Shown here in pieces: positions 52,330-64,000 of a stretch of 64,000 nt of DNA. The stretch is from Eledone cirrhosa (Eukaryota), in the NCBI GenBank assembly GCA_964016885.1, contig OZ024754.1:7502001-7566000 (forward strand). Reading direction: 5' to 3'. The position numbers and the translations under genes are program-made. Every line of letters starts with the position of its first letter. Position 1 is the stretch's first letter. The notes under the pieces are model-generated. The model was not told the origin of the DNA, did no database searches, and saw nothing but the letters and a program-made list of their open reading frames with translations.

Positions 52330-52498
52330 TCCTATTTCCCGGCGCCGAAGACGCTTCGTCTTCGAGGACGCACCCTGATTTTGATAACCAAACATTTGAA
52401 AAAGTATGAGAAACAACCTTCGGCCTCCTGGACGCATGGTAGATTTTTGAGAATTATTTTAGGAAAAAATGTAGCGTCTTCGACGCTGGGAAATACAG
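52330..52498. mobile_element. Tc1/mariner-pogo-type MITE
   Basis: 25-bp TIRs TCCTATTTCCCGGCGCCGAAGACGC / GCGTCTTCGACGCTGGGAAATACAG; TA on both sides. Confidence 0.8.
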
Positions 52499-52905
52499 TA
52501 TATCTTTAAGATCTAATCATATTGCAAACATCTATATATTAATTTATAACATATTGTTTCTACTATTCTAGTAACAATCACACAAAGGTAAAATAATAAA
52601 TCAGCGTTGGTTTTGACGATGAGTGTTCTTGTTCGTACAACAGAATTATATATGGGTTAAAGTTTTAGTGGTTGAGTATTCCAGAAACACGCGAAATGTC
52701 AATATAATCCACAGGCAGAATGAATGCCATACTGTGTATGAAAATGCTGAACCTTCGAGTTACAGGAACAATGCATTAGATGAGATTATGTTGAGTTTCT
52801 GACGATCAAGGTTCTTTTACAAGACGTACGTCGCTCGAAAGCTATGATAAAAGATGCCACATAGTGGTTCTTGATGCCACATTGAGGTATTGATCCCGGA
52901 AACGT

Positions 52906-52952
52906 AATATTCATGATATTTCGGGGCTTAAAATCCCCTTCTTCAGAGTATA
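52906..52952 (-). ncRNA. Degenerate hammerhead ribozyme
   Basis: ATACT-CTGAAGA-A-GGGG..CCCC-GAAA-TATCA-TG-AATAT. Core and helix II are present; the cleavage site and helix I have decayed. Confidence 0.35.
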
Positions 52953-53365
52953 AGAAACTTTCAGAGAATAATGTTCCGGTTTTTTCTTTGGGATTGCATT
53001 TACATTTAACTACATTTTAAATGTTATAAGGTTTGCACTAAACAGAAACATTAACAAAATTAAAAAGCGGGGATAACGGCAAAATATACGAGTCGATATA
53101 ATATCCGCTCTGGGGTCGAGTTAAACTTTGCACTGCTCTTCAGATTGCTGGTCTGGATTCGAAAGTAGAACAATTATCAATCTCTCTATATTGTTCGTAT
53201 AAGATATGGGTTGTTCGGAATGGATCTTTTCTATATGGCACCTGCATGCGTCTTCCAAACCAGATCACTGACAAGTGCCAAACATAGTTGTTGACACCTT
53301 GGCCATAAACTCGTGTGTGTGTGTGTGTATATATATATTTATGTAATAAACAACATAAGACAATT

Positions 53366-53440
53366 ATTCCATTTACCAAAGGTTTCACGAAGACAGACGA
53401 GCTCAACACAGACGTCTGAAATCGCTCATCAGAATGAAAT
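53366..53440 (-). ncRNA. Type I hammerhead ribozyme
   Basis: ATTTCATT-CTGATGA-GCGA..CAGACG/CGTCTG..TCGT-GAAA-CC-TTT-GG-TA-AATGGAAT. Intact core, 8-bp helix I with one G.U, 3-bp helix III. Lies between ~28-bp inverted repeats (53341-53368 / 53530-53557). Confidence 0.8.
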
Positions 53441-54469
53441 TTTATTTTATTTGATGTGGATGTAAGATATTGATTTAAAAACAAAAGCTAAAACAATTGA
53501 AAGCGAGGTTGATACATAATATAAAATCGAATAATTGTCTTATGTTGTTTATTACATAACTAAATAGCTCTGTAGCTTACATAGAGTACTCTCCTTTCAT
53601 TTACCTTTCTACGGAAACAATAAATAAATAAATATATATATATAATATATATCTATATATATATATATATATATACCAGATAGTTTTTCGGCTGACGACC
53701 TAAAGTATATGAAAAACAACCAATACAAACAATAACGATTCGCTTATTAATTAATTAATTAATGGATGATAAAATAAACAGAATATTACTGAAGTCATAC
53801 AGGGTTGCTATTAGTTGGTCTTATATTTCAGCTGGTTGGAATGGTAAATACATATCTCTTTCACTGTAAATAATAATATAGTACAGCATTTATCAAATGA
53901 AACAAACAGCTGCTTAACTTACTTTAACACATATCACATACAATGGCTGTCACTGAAAGATATTGAATGGTTCCTATAATTGTAGTTGTTTTATTATTCC
54001 ATGTTTTGTTGAAGAAGTTAGGTTGATGGTAAAAAATAATAAATGGTATTGTTATGGAGTGAGGAGACAGAACTAGTTGTTGGCTGTAATTGTTGGGAGA
54101 TAATGTGATAGTGAGTAAGAAGAGATGATGGTGAGGGGGGGGGGGGAGTTAAAAGAGTAACAGAGAGAGAGAGCGAAAAGGAGGGGGGGGGGAAGAGAAA
54201 GCGACAAACAGGCGAATGAGTGGCGTGGTAAATAATTTGATTGAAAAAACTGTTAGTCGTATCATCGATGAAAATGATACAGCTGGTGATGAGGAAGAGA
54301 TATAGAAAGAGAAAAGGATAGAATGGGACGGTTTAAGACACAGGAGACATAAAACATGAGTCAACAGATAAAGTAGAGAGAGGGATGAAAGGGAAGTAAA
54401 AAGAGACCTGATTGAAGGCGAGATAGAAAAAAAAACAATACGTAGGAGAGAAATATGTAATGAAGAATT

Positions 54470-54950
54470 GTGTGGGACAAGTTTAGATACGTGGAGGGGA
54501 GGGCAAGTTTAAGAGTGTGTGTGTGTGTAAGGGGGAGCTTAGGTGTTTGTGTGTGTGTGTGTGGGGGGGGTTAGATATGTGGGAGTGGGGGGTGGACAAG
54601 TTTAAGAGTGTGTAGGGGCAGCTTAGGTATTTGTGTGTGGGGGCAAGTTGTTGCAGTTTAGTTATGTTTAGTTATGTTTAGTTATGTTGGGGGGTGGGGT
54701 GCAAGTTTAGGTGTTTCTGTGTGTGCGGGGGGGGGGTTAGATATGTGTGTGTGGGGAGGAACAAGTTTAGGTGTTTGTGTGGGGGGACATGTTTAGATAT
54801 GTGTGGGGTGGGCAAATTTAGGTTTGTGTGGGTGTGTATGTGTGTGGGACAAGTTTATATATGTGTGTGGGTGGGTGGGTGGGTGGGGGGAAAGTTTAGG
54901 TGTGTTTGTGGGGAAGGAAAGTTTAGATATGTGTGTGGGAGCGGGGGATA
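54470..54950. repeat. Degenerate G-rich minisatellite (CAAGTTTAGRT..GTGTGGGGG)
   Basis: Repeated GTTTAG plus G-runs at ~25-bp spacing. Confidence 0.75.
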
Positions 54951-55789
54951 AGTCGTGTGTCTTCACACACACTCTCACATTTATATTTACACACACTCAC
55001 ACACACAAATGTGTGTGAGAGATAGGAAGAGAGAAAATGATGGAAGAGAAAATCTAATTTCAAATCCTGCTGCCTTCTTCCAAGAGCAGTGACTGAAAGA
55101 TAATATAAACAATGGAAAGACCAATGGAAACAATATTTCCTTAAATCGATCTGATCTTCGGCTTCTTTCCAGTTTAGCTGATAAATTATCAAGTTTCTGA
55201 CAAAATTTATACCAAAGTATGATGCTAACTTTCCAGTATGGAACTGTTGTTTCACCTTTAGCATAACAGATGTCACATTAGCACCAGGCCGCGTGACAGA
55301 TAATTCACATTATGTATGTATAGTTCCGAGAAAAACCTGATCGGATCAATATATACCAATGTTTTGGATATGTTGCTAAATTTATTATCGAAGAAAATAT
55401 TTTAAATTTCTTTGGGATTCTAAGAGAAATGTTGTAGAAAAAAAAAAAACAGAGAAACACTTATTTATGGTTCTGAAGTCAAAATTTATAGACGAACAAA
55501 ATATTTTGCCAAACAATGATTTAGAAACTTCAGGCTTTCAAGATCAAAACAATAGATTGTTTGATAAAATCTTGATTTTCCCACGTGGCCACATCTGTTT
55601 TATTCAACAAAAAAATGCAGATGTATTTTATTCGTATGCTTGGTTTCATACACATACGGTTTTATTCCTGAATATTTATCACATTACAAGCATATACATA
55701 TATACAAACCTCTCTCTCTCTCTCTCTCCAGGGAGTGTAACTTGGAGTGACTGTAGATTCACCTGGGTGAGCACTCGATATTTAGGTTC

Positions 55790-57362
55790 TATATATATAT
55801 ATAAATATATATATAAATATCTCTATATATATATATATATATATATAAATATATATATAAATATCTATATATATATATATATAAATATATATATAAATAT
55901 CTATATATATATATATATATATAAATATATATATAAATATCTATATATATATATATATAAATATCTATATAGATATCTATATATATATATATATAAATAT
56001 CTATATAGATATCTATATATATATAAATATCTATATAGATATCTTTATATATATATATAAATATCTATATAGATATCTTTATATATATATATATATATAT
56101 ATATAGATATCTTTATATATATATATATATATATCTTTATATAAATATCTATATAGATATCTTTATATATATATATATATCTTTATATATATATATATCT
56201 TTATATATATATATATCTTTATATATATATATATCTTTATATATATATATATCTTTATATATATATATATCTTTATATATATATATATCTTTATATATAT
56301 ATATATCTTTATATATATATATATCTTTATATATATATATATCTTTATATATATATATATCTTTATATATATATATATCTTTATATATATATATATCTTT
56401 ATATATATATATATCTTTATATATATATAACTTTATATATATATATATCTTTATATATATATATATCTTTATATATATATATATCTTTATATATATATAT
56501 ATCTTTATATATATATATATCTTTATATATATATCTTTATATATATATATATCTTTATATATATATCTTTATATATATATATATCTTTATATATATATAT
56601 ATCTTTATATATATATCTTTATATATATATATATATCTTTATATATATATATATATCTTTATATATATATATATATCTTTATATATATATATATATCTTT
56701 ATATATATATATATATCTTTATATATATATATATATCTTTATATATATATATATCTTTATATATATATATATCTGTATATATATAGATATATATATAGAT
56801 ATCTTTATATATATAGATATATATAGATATATATAGATATCTTTATATATATAGATATATATAGATATATATAGATATATATAGATATCTTTATATATAT
56901 AGATATATATAGATATATATAGATATCTTTATATATATAGATATATATAGATATCTTTATATATATAGATATATATAGAAATCTTTATATATATAGATAT
57001 ATATAGATATCTTTATATATATAGATATATATAGATATCTTTATATATATAGATATATATAGATATCTTTATATATATAGATATATATAGATATCTTTAT
57101 ATATATAGATATATATAGATATCTTTATATATATAGATATATATAGATATCTTTATATATATAGATATATATAGATATCTTTATATATATAGATATATAT
57201 AGATATCTTTATATATATAGATATATATAGATATCTTTATATATATAGATATATATAGATATCTTTATATATATAGATATATATAGATATCTTTATATAT
57301 ATAGATATATATAGATATCTTTATATATATAGATATATATAGATATCTTTATATATATATAG
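55790..57362. repeat. Compound (TA)n-derived satellite with successive higher-order units
   Basis: Blocks of ATAAATATCT, (TA)nTCTT, then a 26-bp ATATATATAGATATATATAGATATCTTT-like unit. Confidence 0.95.
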
Positions 57363-57676
57363 ACACACACAAACACACGCATATAGATATATGTATTTAC
57401 ATATATCTTTATACACACACACACACGGGTGTGTCAAATCAATATATATATAGCCACAACGGGACCAGGCCATGTTATGTCTTACTGTCGTCTCACTATT
57501 ACTCACCACAACATATCCTGTTATTAAACATTCTCTTTAAAGTTCGTTGACTTTTCTAATTGAAATAAAGCGAAATTGGTTTTAATCCTATATTACCAGA
57601 GGGAACAGCTTCTCTTGAGTAAATCACATATCTATCTCTCTCTCTGTATGTGTTTGTATATCTGTCTGTCTGTCTG

Positions 57677-57738
<62 letters not shown>

Positions 57739-58999
57739 TCTCTCTCTCTCTCTGTCTGCATATATATGTATATATATATATGTGTATGTGTCTATATATG
57801 TGTATGTGTCTGTATATACATGTGTGTATGTGTATGTGTCTGTATATATATGTGTGTGTGTCTATATATATAATATATGCACACACTCACACACGCACAC
57901 ACACACGTGCTTTAGTTACAAACGCATCTTTAATTATGTATGTGGAGGCAAGTGAGCGTGTGAGACTCAATTAGATGATGATTAATGGAATATTTGGAGA
58001 CTGGTCAATGTATTAGAACTATTGATTACCCTATAACAATTATTTGAAACTTATTTTATTAGCGTTAGCAACATTCTAAAACGTTTCTGATCACAAAGGT
58101 ATATCTTCCATTTCTTATTAGCTGACAAATTGGTAGACTTCTTAGAACGTCGGATAGACGTGAAACGGCTTGGTATGAAGTAATAAGGGAACTGTGTTAT
58201 TGTATGGTTGTATATGTGTTGCCGTAAGGACTTCCTTGTAGTTTAATACATTTTATATTCACAGTAAAATCTTATACCAGTTCAATTTGGTGTTGAGGGC
58301 TAGAAGAATACCATGATCTCATTTTGTCCGATCGTCTACCACTTCTGCTAATCCATTGCTTCTTCCTACAGCAATATATTGGTCTAGTTCTTGTTTCTTC
58401 GACCACTTATTCCTGAGGGAGTAGTGAGGGCAGAGTCCTCAAACAGTCCTGTATTGCGTTACGGATTTGAAATTCAACCGAGACCCAATCAAATATTAAT
58501 CAGTAATCAACATTTTACCACCAAGAAATGGAAGAAAATTAAATGTAATTCATGTTAGATTTGAACTCAGATATTGGAATTTATGATTAAATAGAAACTA
58601 CTCCTCACCAATATATATAAGTCCAAGAGTAACTAATCTTAAAGAGAGAGATAGGAGAGGAGAGATTGGTGAATTAATTAGAGGCCAAAGCGTAAAGGCA
58701 TGTGCTCAATGTGCAATATGCAGTGGAACGCAGCTAGATGTGTGGGTTCATGCAGAAGTTAGGCGCGCAGAGCTGGAAATATTCATTAGTTAAGCAAAAC
58801 AAGACCACCATCTTTTAATAATGTCTTCCTTGTGAAATGTGTGGTCATGTTTTGCTTAACTAATGAATATATATATATATATATATATAGTAATAATAAT
58901 AAAATTCGTTACCACGAACCAAAATATCGTCTTCCTGTCTTCCTCCGGTTGCAACGTTTTTTGAAATATCCAGTTCTGCGTTTACAGATTGACTTTGTT

Positions 59000-59050
59000 A
59001 GTTTCAGAAGATCCCGTTAAGGGTGAAAGCAGCGATTCTTTGCTTAAACT
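59000..59050 (+). ncRNA. Hammerhead-like motif, U.U helix-II variant (family 2), core U4A
   Basis: AGTTT-CAGAAGA-T-CCC-GTTAA-GGG-T-GAA-AGCAG..TTGCT-T-AAACT. A second copy on the minus strand at ~6580-6642 has a perfect AGCAA/TTGCT helix III but a truncated core. Confidence 0.55.
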
Positions 59051-59070
59051 TTAATCTGTTATTTTAATAA

Positions 59071-59112
<42 letters not shown>

Positions 59113-61959
59113 AGAAATTGAAGAGAGACTGTGTTATACTCTCTTCTGTAATCAGTAAAATAATTCATGATACATTAAAAAAAGACGATATTATATATAA
59201 ACTACATTACTGTGAAATGTAATGAAAACGAAAAAGGAGAAAATAAACGTTATATAACGATACAAATATATGATCGTTTATATATGTGGTATAACATAAT
59301 CCATTATATCTTAACCGGAAGTATTGACATTTGAAAATTTTAAAAGAAGTGAATCTTGAAATAAGCAAACATTATTTATATTTAATCAGGAGTTTCAAAA
59401 TTTAGTACATAAATTATGTAATATTCATTCATGATTTATTCAAAGTTATACATCTTATTTTACAAACTGGATACAGAAAATATATCAGGATGCAGTCCCG
59501 CACTCCCTTTATTATATTATGATTTACAGAGTACGTACTATTAATATATATTCTCTATACTTGTATATATGCATGCATTTCCTCCTAGTTGCTGTGCTAT
59601 TGTTCCCACATACTAGATTCTTTAGGAATTGATTAATAGAATATAGATTAAAGGCAACATTTATACCGATGGGTTTGATTCTAGATGAGAGAAAGACGAA
59701 TTAATACAATAAATTTAGAGCTTTGTTATTTTAGGAGCATCTCGTGTTTCGTTTCAGTTGAGACATTTCCACAAACAAGTGTATCAAATATAATCTAGAA
59801 ATAAAATGAACATTTACAAGAAACAACAAACAACTGTCAACAAATCTAATGATACACATCAAGCTGTCATTTCCATTTCACCAAATTAAAAAACGATTAG
59901 ATTTAATATTGAAGCAAAAACTTTTTTTAAATCTGCAACACAATCTTTGGAGCAGGAATTTTATTATGGGAAGACTTTACTACACATGATCCGCCTTTAC
60001 GTGTGTTTTTTTTTTTAATTGTCTAATGTATTATAGCTTAAAGAATTTGGTAAGCGGCTTACAGCTAACTCTTTGAACTCAGAAATAGTAAATAATGCAA
60101 ACAGTGAGAACATTCCTTCAAAATACCAGACAAAATGAACATTAATTGCCTGTGACCAAGGCTGGATTTAGAAGTTAGTGGAAACGGGCACTTCAGGTTT
60201 GCGGGGCCCCTCAGGTTTGCGGGGCCCCTCAGGTTTGCGGGGCCCCTCATATACAAGAATTTAGAATACATAGCAAACCCTCAAACTTTACATACCAAAG
60301 TTGGCTTGGTTCAAGTAATTGGTATTAAACAGATATTAAATTCAAAAATTCTAACCAGCCTAAAACTAAAACGTCCAGCTGAGGGCACAAATAAATTGCT
60401 ACGGCTACCACTGTTGACCCCCCCATCCCACTGCAGAGGGTCCAAGGAAATTGCCCTTTTTGCCCTCCTCCCCATTAAATCTGGAAATTTTACCCGCCTA
60501 TGAAAGATATTATAAATTCGTGTGAAGAAGTTAATAGAAGCTGTGTGAAATGTGTGTAAACACATTTATTGATTTCAAAACACGTCTTGTTTACGAAGAT
60601 GGAAAAAGATGAATAATATAACAAGTATATATATATATATATGTATGTATGTATGTATATAATGCGTGTGTATTAATGCTAGTCAGAAATAAACACCAAT
60701 AATATCCACACAAATCAATAGCACTTCTTTAATCATAGTGATTGGTTTTTGTTTTGATGTTATTTTTACCGTATGTTTGTTGTTTTGTTTTGATGTCTTT
60801 GATTTCAGTTTCTGCCTAAATTTTCAAGATGGCAAAAATAAAAAATAAAGCAAAGAAAGACAAAACAATGAAATCTCCTCTAATGTAATTACATTTCAAA
60901 CATCGTATTTTATTGGTAAAGAAATGGATGGGAATAACTTTTTTTTTTATTCTGGCAATGATTTGCTGGAAAATTATTTTATCATACTTTTCTATAGTTT
61001 GCCAGAAAGAAACATATGTAATGCATGGTTTAAACTTGTAGAGCAGAGATGAACAAATTATGTATGCTCCAGGAAGCAAGGAAATAGCTGAATGGATTTA
61101 TTTTGGGTTGTTGTAAATATCGAGAGTAGATCTATAAATATCTTATTGAAATAATCTTTGAAAGAGCTGAGCTGTAAATATCAGAGTGTGAATCGGGGAC
61201 ATAAATCTCTTTAGAAGGATCTTTGGAAGTAAAATATAGATTTATATGATACATACAACGAACTAACATATTTATTTGTTGAAGGGAGACGTGAATGTCG
61301 TGAACCTTTGTTTGGAGCATGTAATATATGTGTTGCTATTTCATTCTTTCACTCCAAGCCAGGCAATAAAGCCACTAAGTTTCAACGGGTTACTGAAAAG
61401 GGAAAAGGTCAAGACTCGGACCGTAATTCAAGGGGAGAGAGAAATATACTTTTTGTATATTGTAATGATCAGGAAAGCAAGAAGCCGATAAAAATACTGC
61501 AGGTGAAATGTGCGAGGGAAGAAGCAATCAGAATAGAATTTACGATTACAATTAGAAATTAGATTAGATCTAACTGTAAGTCTGGTACTACGTTTATTCA
61601 TGAAGATGAAGCAACATAAAGGTAAGACCAGCCATGAGAATATTTATAGTAAAGGTTCAGAACGACAACATTTCGACGCTGTGATAGTGAATGAAGCCGG
61701 CATAAGTTAGGACAAATAATGTTAATGATACTTCTTTGAATTGTATCCAGGCTGTGGAGGTGAGCACCAGACCAAATGTGAAAACTGTACTCAATACAGA
61801 GAGTTTTGAAGAATGCAAAGGATAGCTATGATCGATCAATCTAGTCTAGAAGAGAAGGTGAAAGTCATGGCTCCCGTAAATTTTGGAGTATTACAAACAA
61901 GTTTCTAAATTGCAAGGTTTCTGTACAGACGGTGATTAATGGCTCTAAGGTTCTTTCGT

Positions 61960-62275
61960 CCTGTCTACTTAAAGTTCAATTACGTGTTGAAGATGATCTC
62001 TTTTCAACTCTCCAACCACTCTATCTCTCTCTCACGTAACGGTGCAAGCCTGTCATTACTCTATCGTTATTTCCATGGGAAATTCTCTGGTGAATTCACT
62101 CTCAAATACCCCGGACCCGTCTCGCTAAGTCCATTTAGGAAAACTTTCCACTCTTTATTCGTATAGCAAACATTAAACATAGGTTTCATGGAAACAGTTT
62201 CACTCCTGGAATCGTATGTCTATCTAGGAATTGCTTTCCTTACGGCAACAACATTAACCTTTTAAGAAAAGAGTC
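61960..62275 (+). mobile_element. CR1/L2/Jockey-group LINE 3' remnant
   Basis: LSRNGASLSLLYRYFHGKFSGE resembles the LxHRRxVASLSLFYRYxxGxCSxE C-terminal motif. Confidence 0.6.
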
Positions 62276-64000
62276 AATAAGTACTTTAAATAAACTGCCA
62301 GGTCCTCAGTTATTTTCTCGCTTCTGGTAATCACTCTTCCATTGAAACCGACATATATATGACATATATTACTGCATTGTTCAACATATAACGCTTCATT
62401 TATAACCTGCAATATTAATCTCACACAATCTTTATATTTTACTTCATAATTATTCCATACTGAACTCTTATATTCGGTATTCTTGTTAATCAACGATGGT
62501 ATTGCAGTCGGTTTATTGAAGCTATTGATTAATATGAAGATGAGAACTGATTAAAAATATGTTTAACACTGAGGTTTATTACTATGGGGGATTTTACCAG
62601 CTTTAATACGCGTCTGGCAAAAGTGTTTGATCTGAAATATCCACTAATTAGTTTGGTGTTTATTTTACTCTTCATTTTACATTTCTTTGGAGGCTAACTG
62701 GAAATTTGATTCCGAATACCACAATCCCAGATAACGTTTTAAAATATTGACTATTTTTATTGTCTGGCCCCATGTCAATCCTCATCAAATAATTCAATGC
62801 GTTGTGACTGTGACCTTAATAACTCCTTTAGTTTGTGTCCTTACTTCAAGATATTGTGGTATAATTTGTAGATTTGGATGTTATTTCTGGCAGGTCAAAC
62901 GGCAGTACAGAATCCCTCTCTGTTAGCTCGTAGGACGTGAATTTATGCTCAGAGGTTTCTGTATATCTCATGAGATAATGGCTTTTCACTTGAAAAGATC
63001 ATTTCTAAGGTATGTGAAGAGGTAAAGGAAATTGTGCAGCAGTCATTCATACATGTAACACTCTTCTCTCCGCGACCAAAATCGTATACAAGAGGAAAAG
63101 CAAGAAACATTGCATTTTGACACCAGTGAAGTCTCAAGCAAACTCAGAAATGGCCGAAAGTGAGACCTCGAGATATCATATCGGTCAGTCTACCTATTTC
63201 GCCAATTCACTGCCCTGATCTGCTATTTTATTTCCCATGAAAGGATAAATAACAGATAACTGGAAAGGACATTACATCCGATGTTCTCTCTTCTCTGTCA
63301 AATCGCCACCATATATGAGGGAAGTTCTGATGTTGTATATATTCTTGTGGGCGCAATATGGCAGAATGGTTAAGGATTTTGCTTCGCAATCATTAGGCCC
63401 AAGTTTGATTTCCACCTTGTACTATAAGTGATGTTTACCATAACCTCGAGTCGATCTATGAATTGTCAGTAACGTTGGGTAGACTGAAACTGACATTAAG
63501 CTCGTCGGATGTACTGGATCTATATTACAAAGGGCCGAGCTAGCCAAATAATGTTTCACGTTGATTCATCGCGATAATTATTTTAAGGGTACATGTGTCT
63601 GTGGAATACTCAGCTAACTACACGTTAATTTCATTAACAAGCGACACCGTTTATCGAATAAATGGAACATTGAAACTCGAAACCGACAGATGTCCCTATC
63701 AAATACATTCTATTTTATCGTTGATTTACGACGGTCACATCAACATTTTCTATGTTAAACTTAGAGAAATATTCCCGAGACATTAGATAAACAAACATCA
63801 AAATAACAATAATATATATTTCTTTATATAACTATACGAACATTTCCGCAATAAATGTCGAAGTCAGGAGTAACTAAAATAACCATTTTATTTATTGTTA
63901 TTAAAGACAGGGTTTTTATTGACATATCTTCTTCATTTTTATATGCTATAAAATCAAGGACTGTGTATTCTATCCAGGACTAGATTGGTGCAACTAATCG

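Noticed and set aside
53690-53720. CTGACGA...GAAA next to (TA)n; similar trace at ~30188-30230
   Set aside because: Helices I-III cannot be formed convincingly.
55195-55313. Open frame FLTKFIPKYDANFPVWN..HY ending in GTATGT
   Set aside because: Poor acceptor and no recognisable homology.
59735-59800. Possible terminal exon containing FPQTS
   Set aside because: Stops before the expected IGW motif; similarity too short.
60158-60502. hAT-like ends and 3x 18-bp TCAGGTTTGCGGGGCCCC
   Set aside because: Probably DNA transposon debris, but matching TIR/TSD pairs could not be defined.

Overview
This is eukaryotic, AT-rich, repeat-dominated DNA, most likely from an octopod cephalopod. That assignment rests on cephalopod-like mitochondrial insertions, Octopus-type tRNA/Deu(Nin) SINEs and very high microsatellite density. 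Almost all ORFs in the supplied track are microsatellite or SINE artefacts. Supported content: (1) two spliced, phase-compatible coding exons of one + strand gene (15959-16221, 24203-24287; weak C20orf85/CIMIP1-like WPxNWxFL motif); (2) about 30 copies of one SINE family; (3) fragments of RTE, CR1/L2-like, R4/Dong and CRE non-LTR retrotransposons, plus several MITEs; (4) two NUMTs, from 16S rRNA and ND2, the latter flanked by a 13-bp direct repeat; (5) 114-bp and 57-bp tandem arrays; (6) a 200-N gap. The most striking signal is about 10 type I hammerhead ribozyme (HHR) motifs from several unrelated Penelope-like repeat families, mostly beside (TA)n tracts. They include a dense cluster at 4.9-7.0 kb, a covariation-supported variant with U.U at the base of helix II in two families, and an HHR-like motif in every unit of the 114-bp satellite. 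All folds and family calls were made by eye, and repeat boundaries are approximate.
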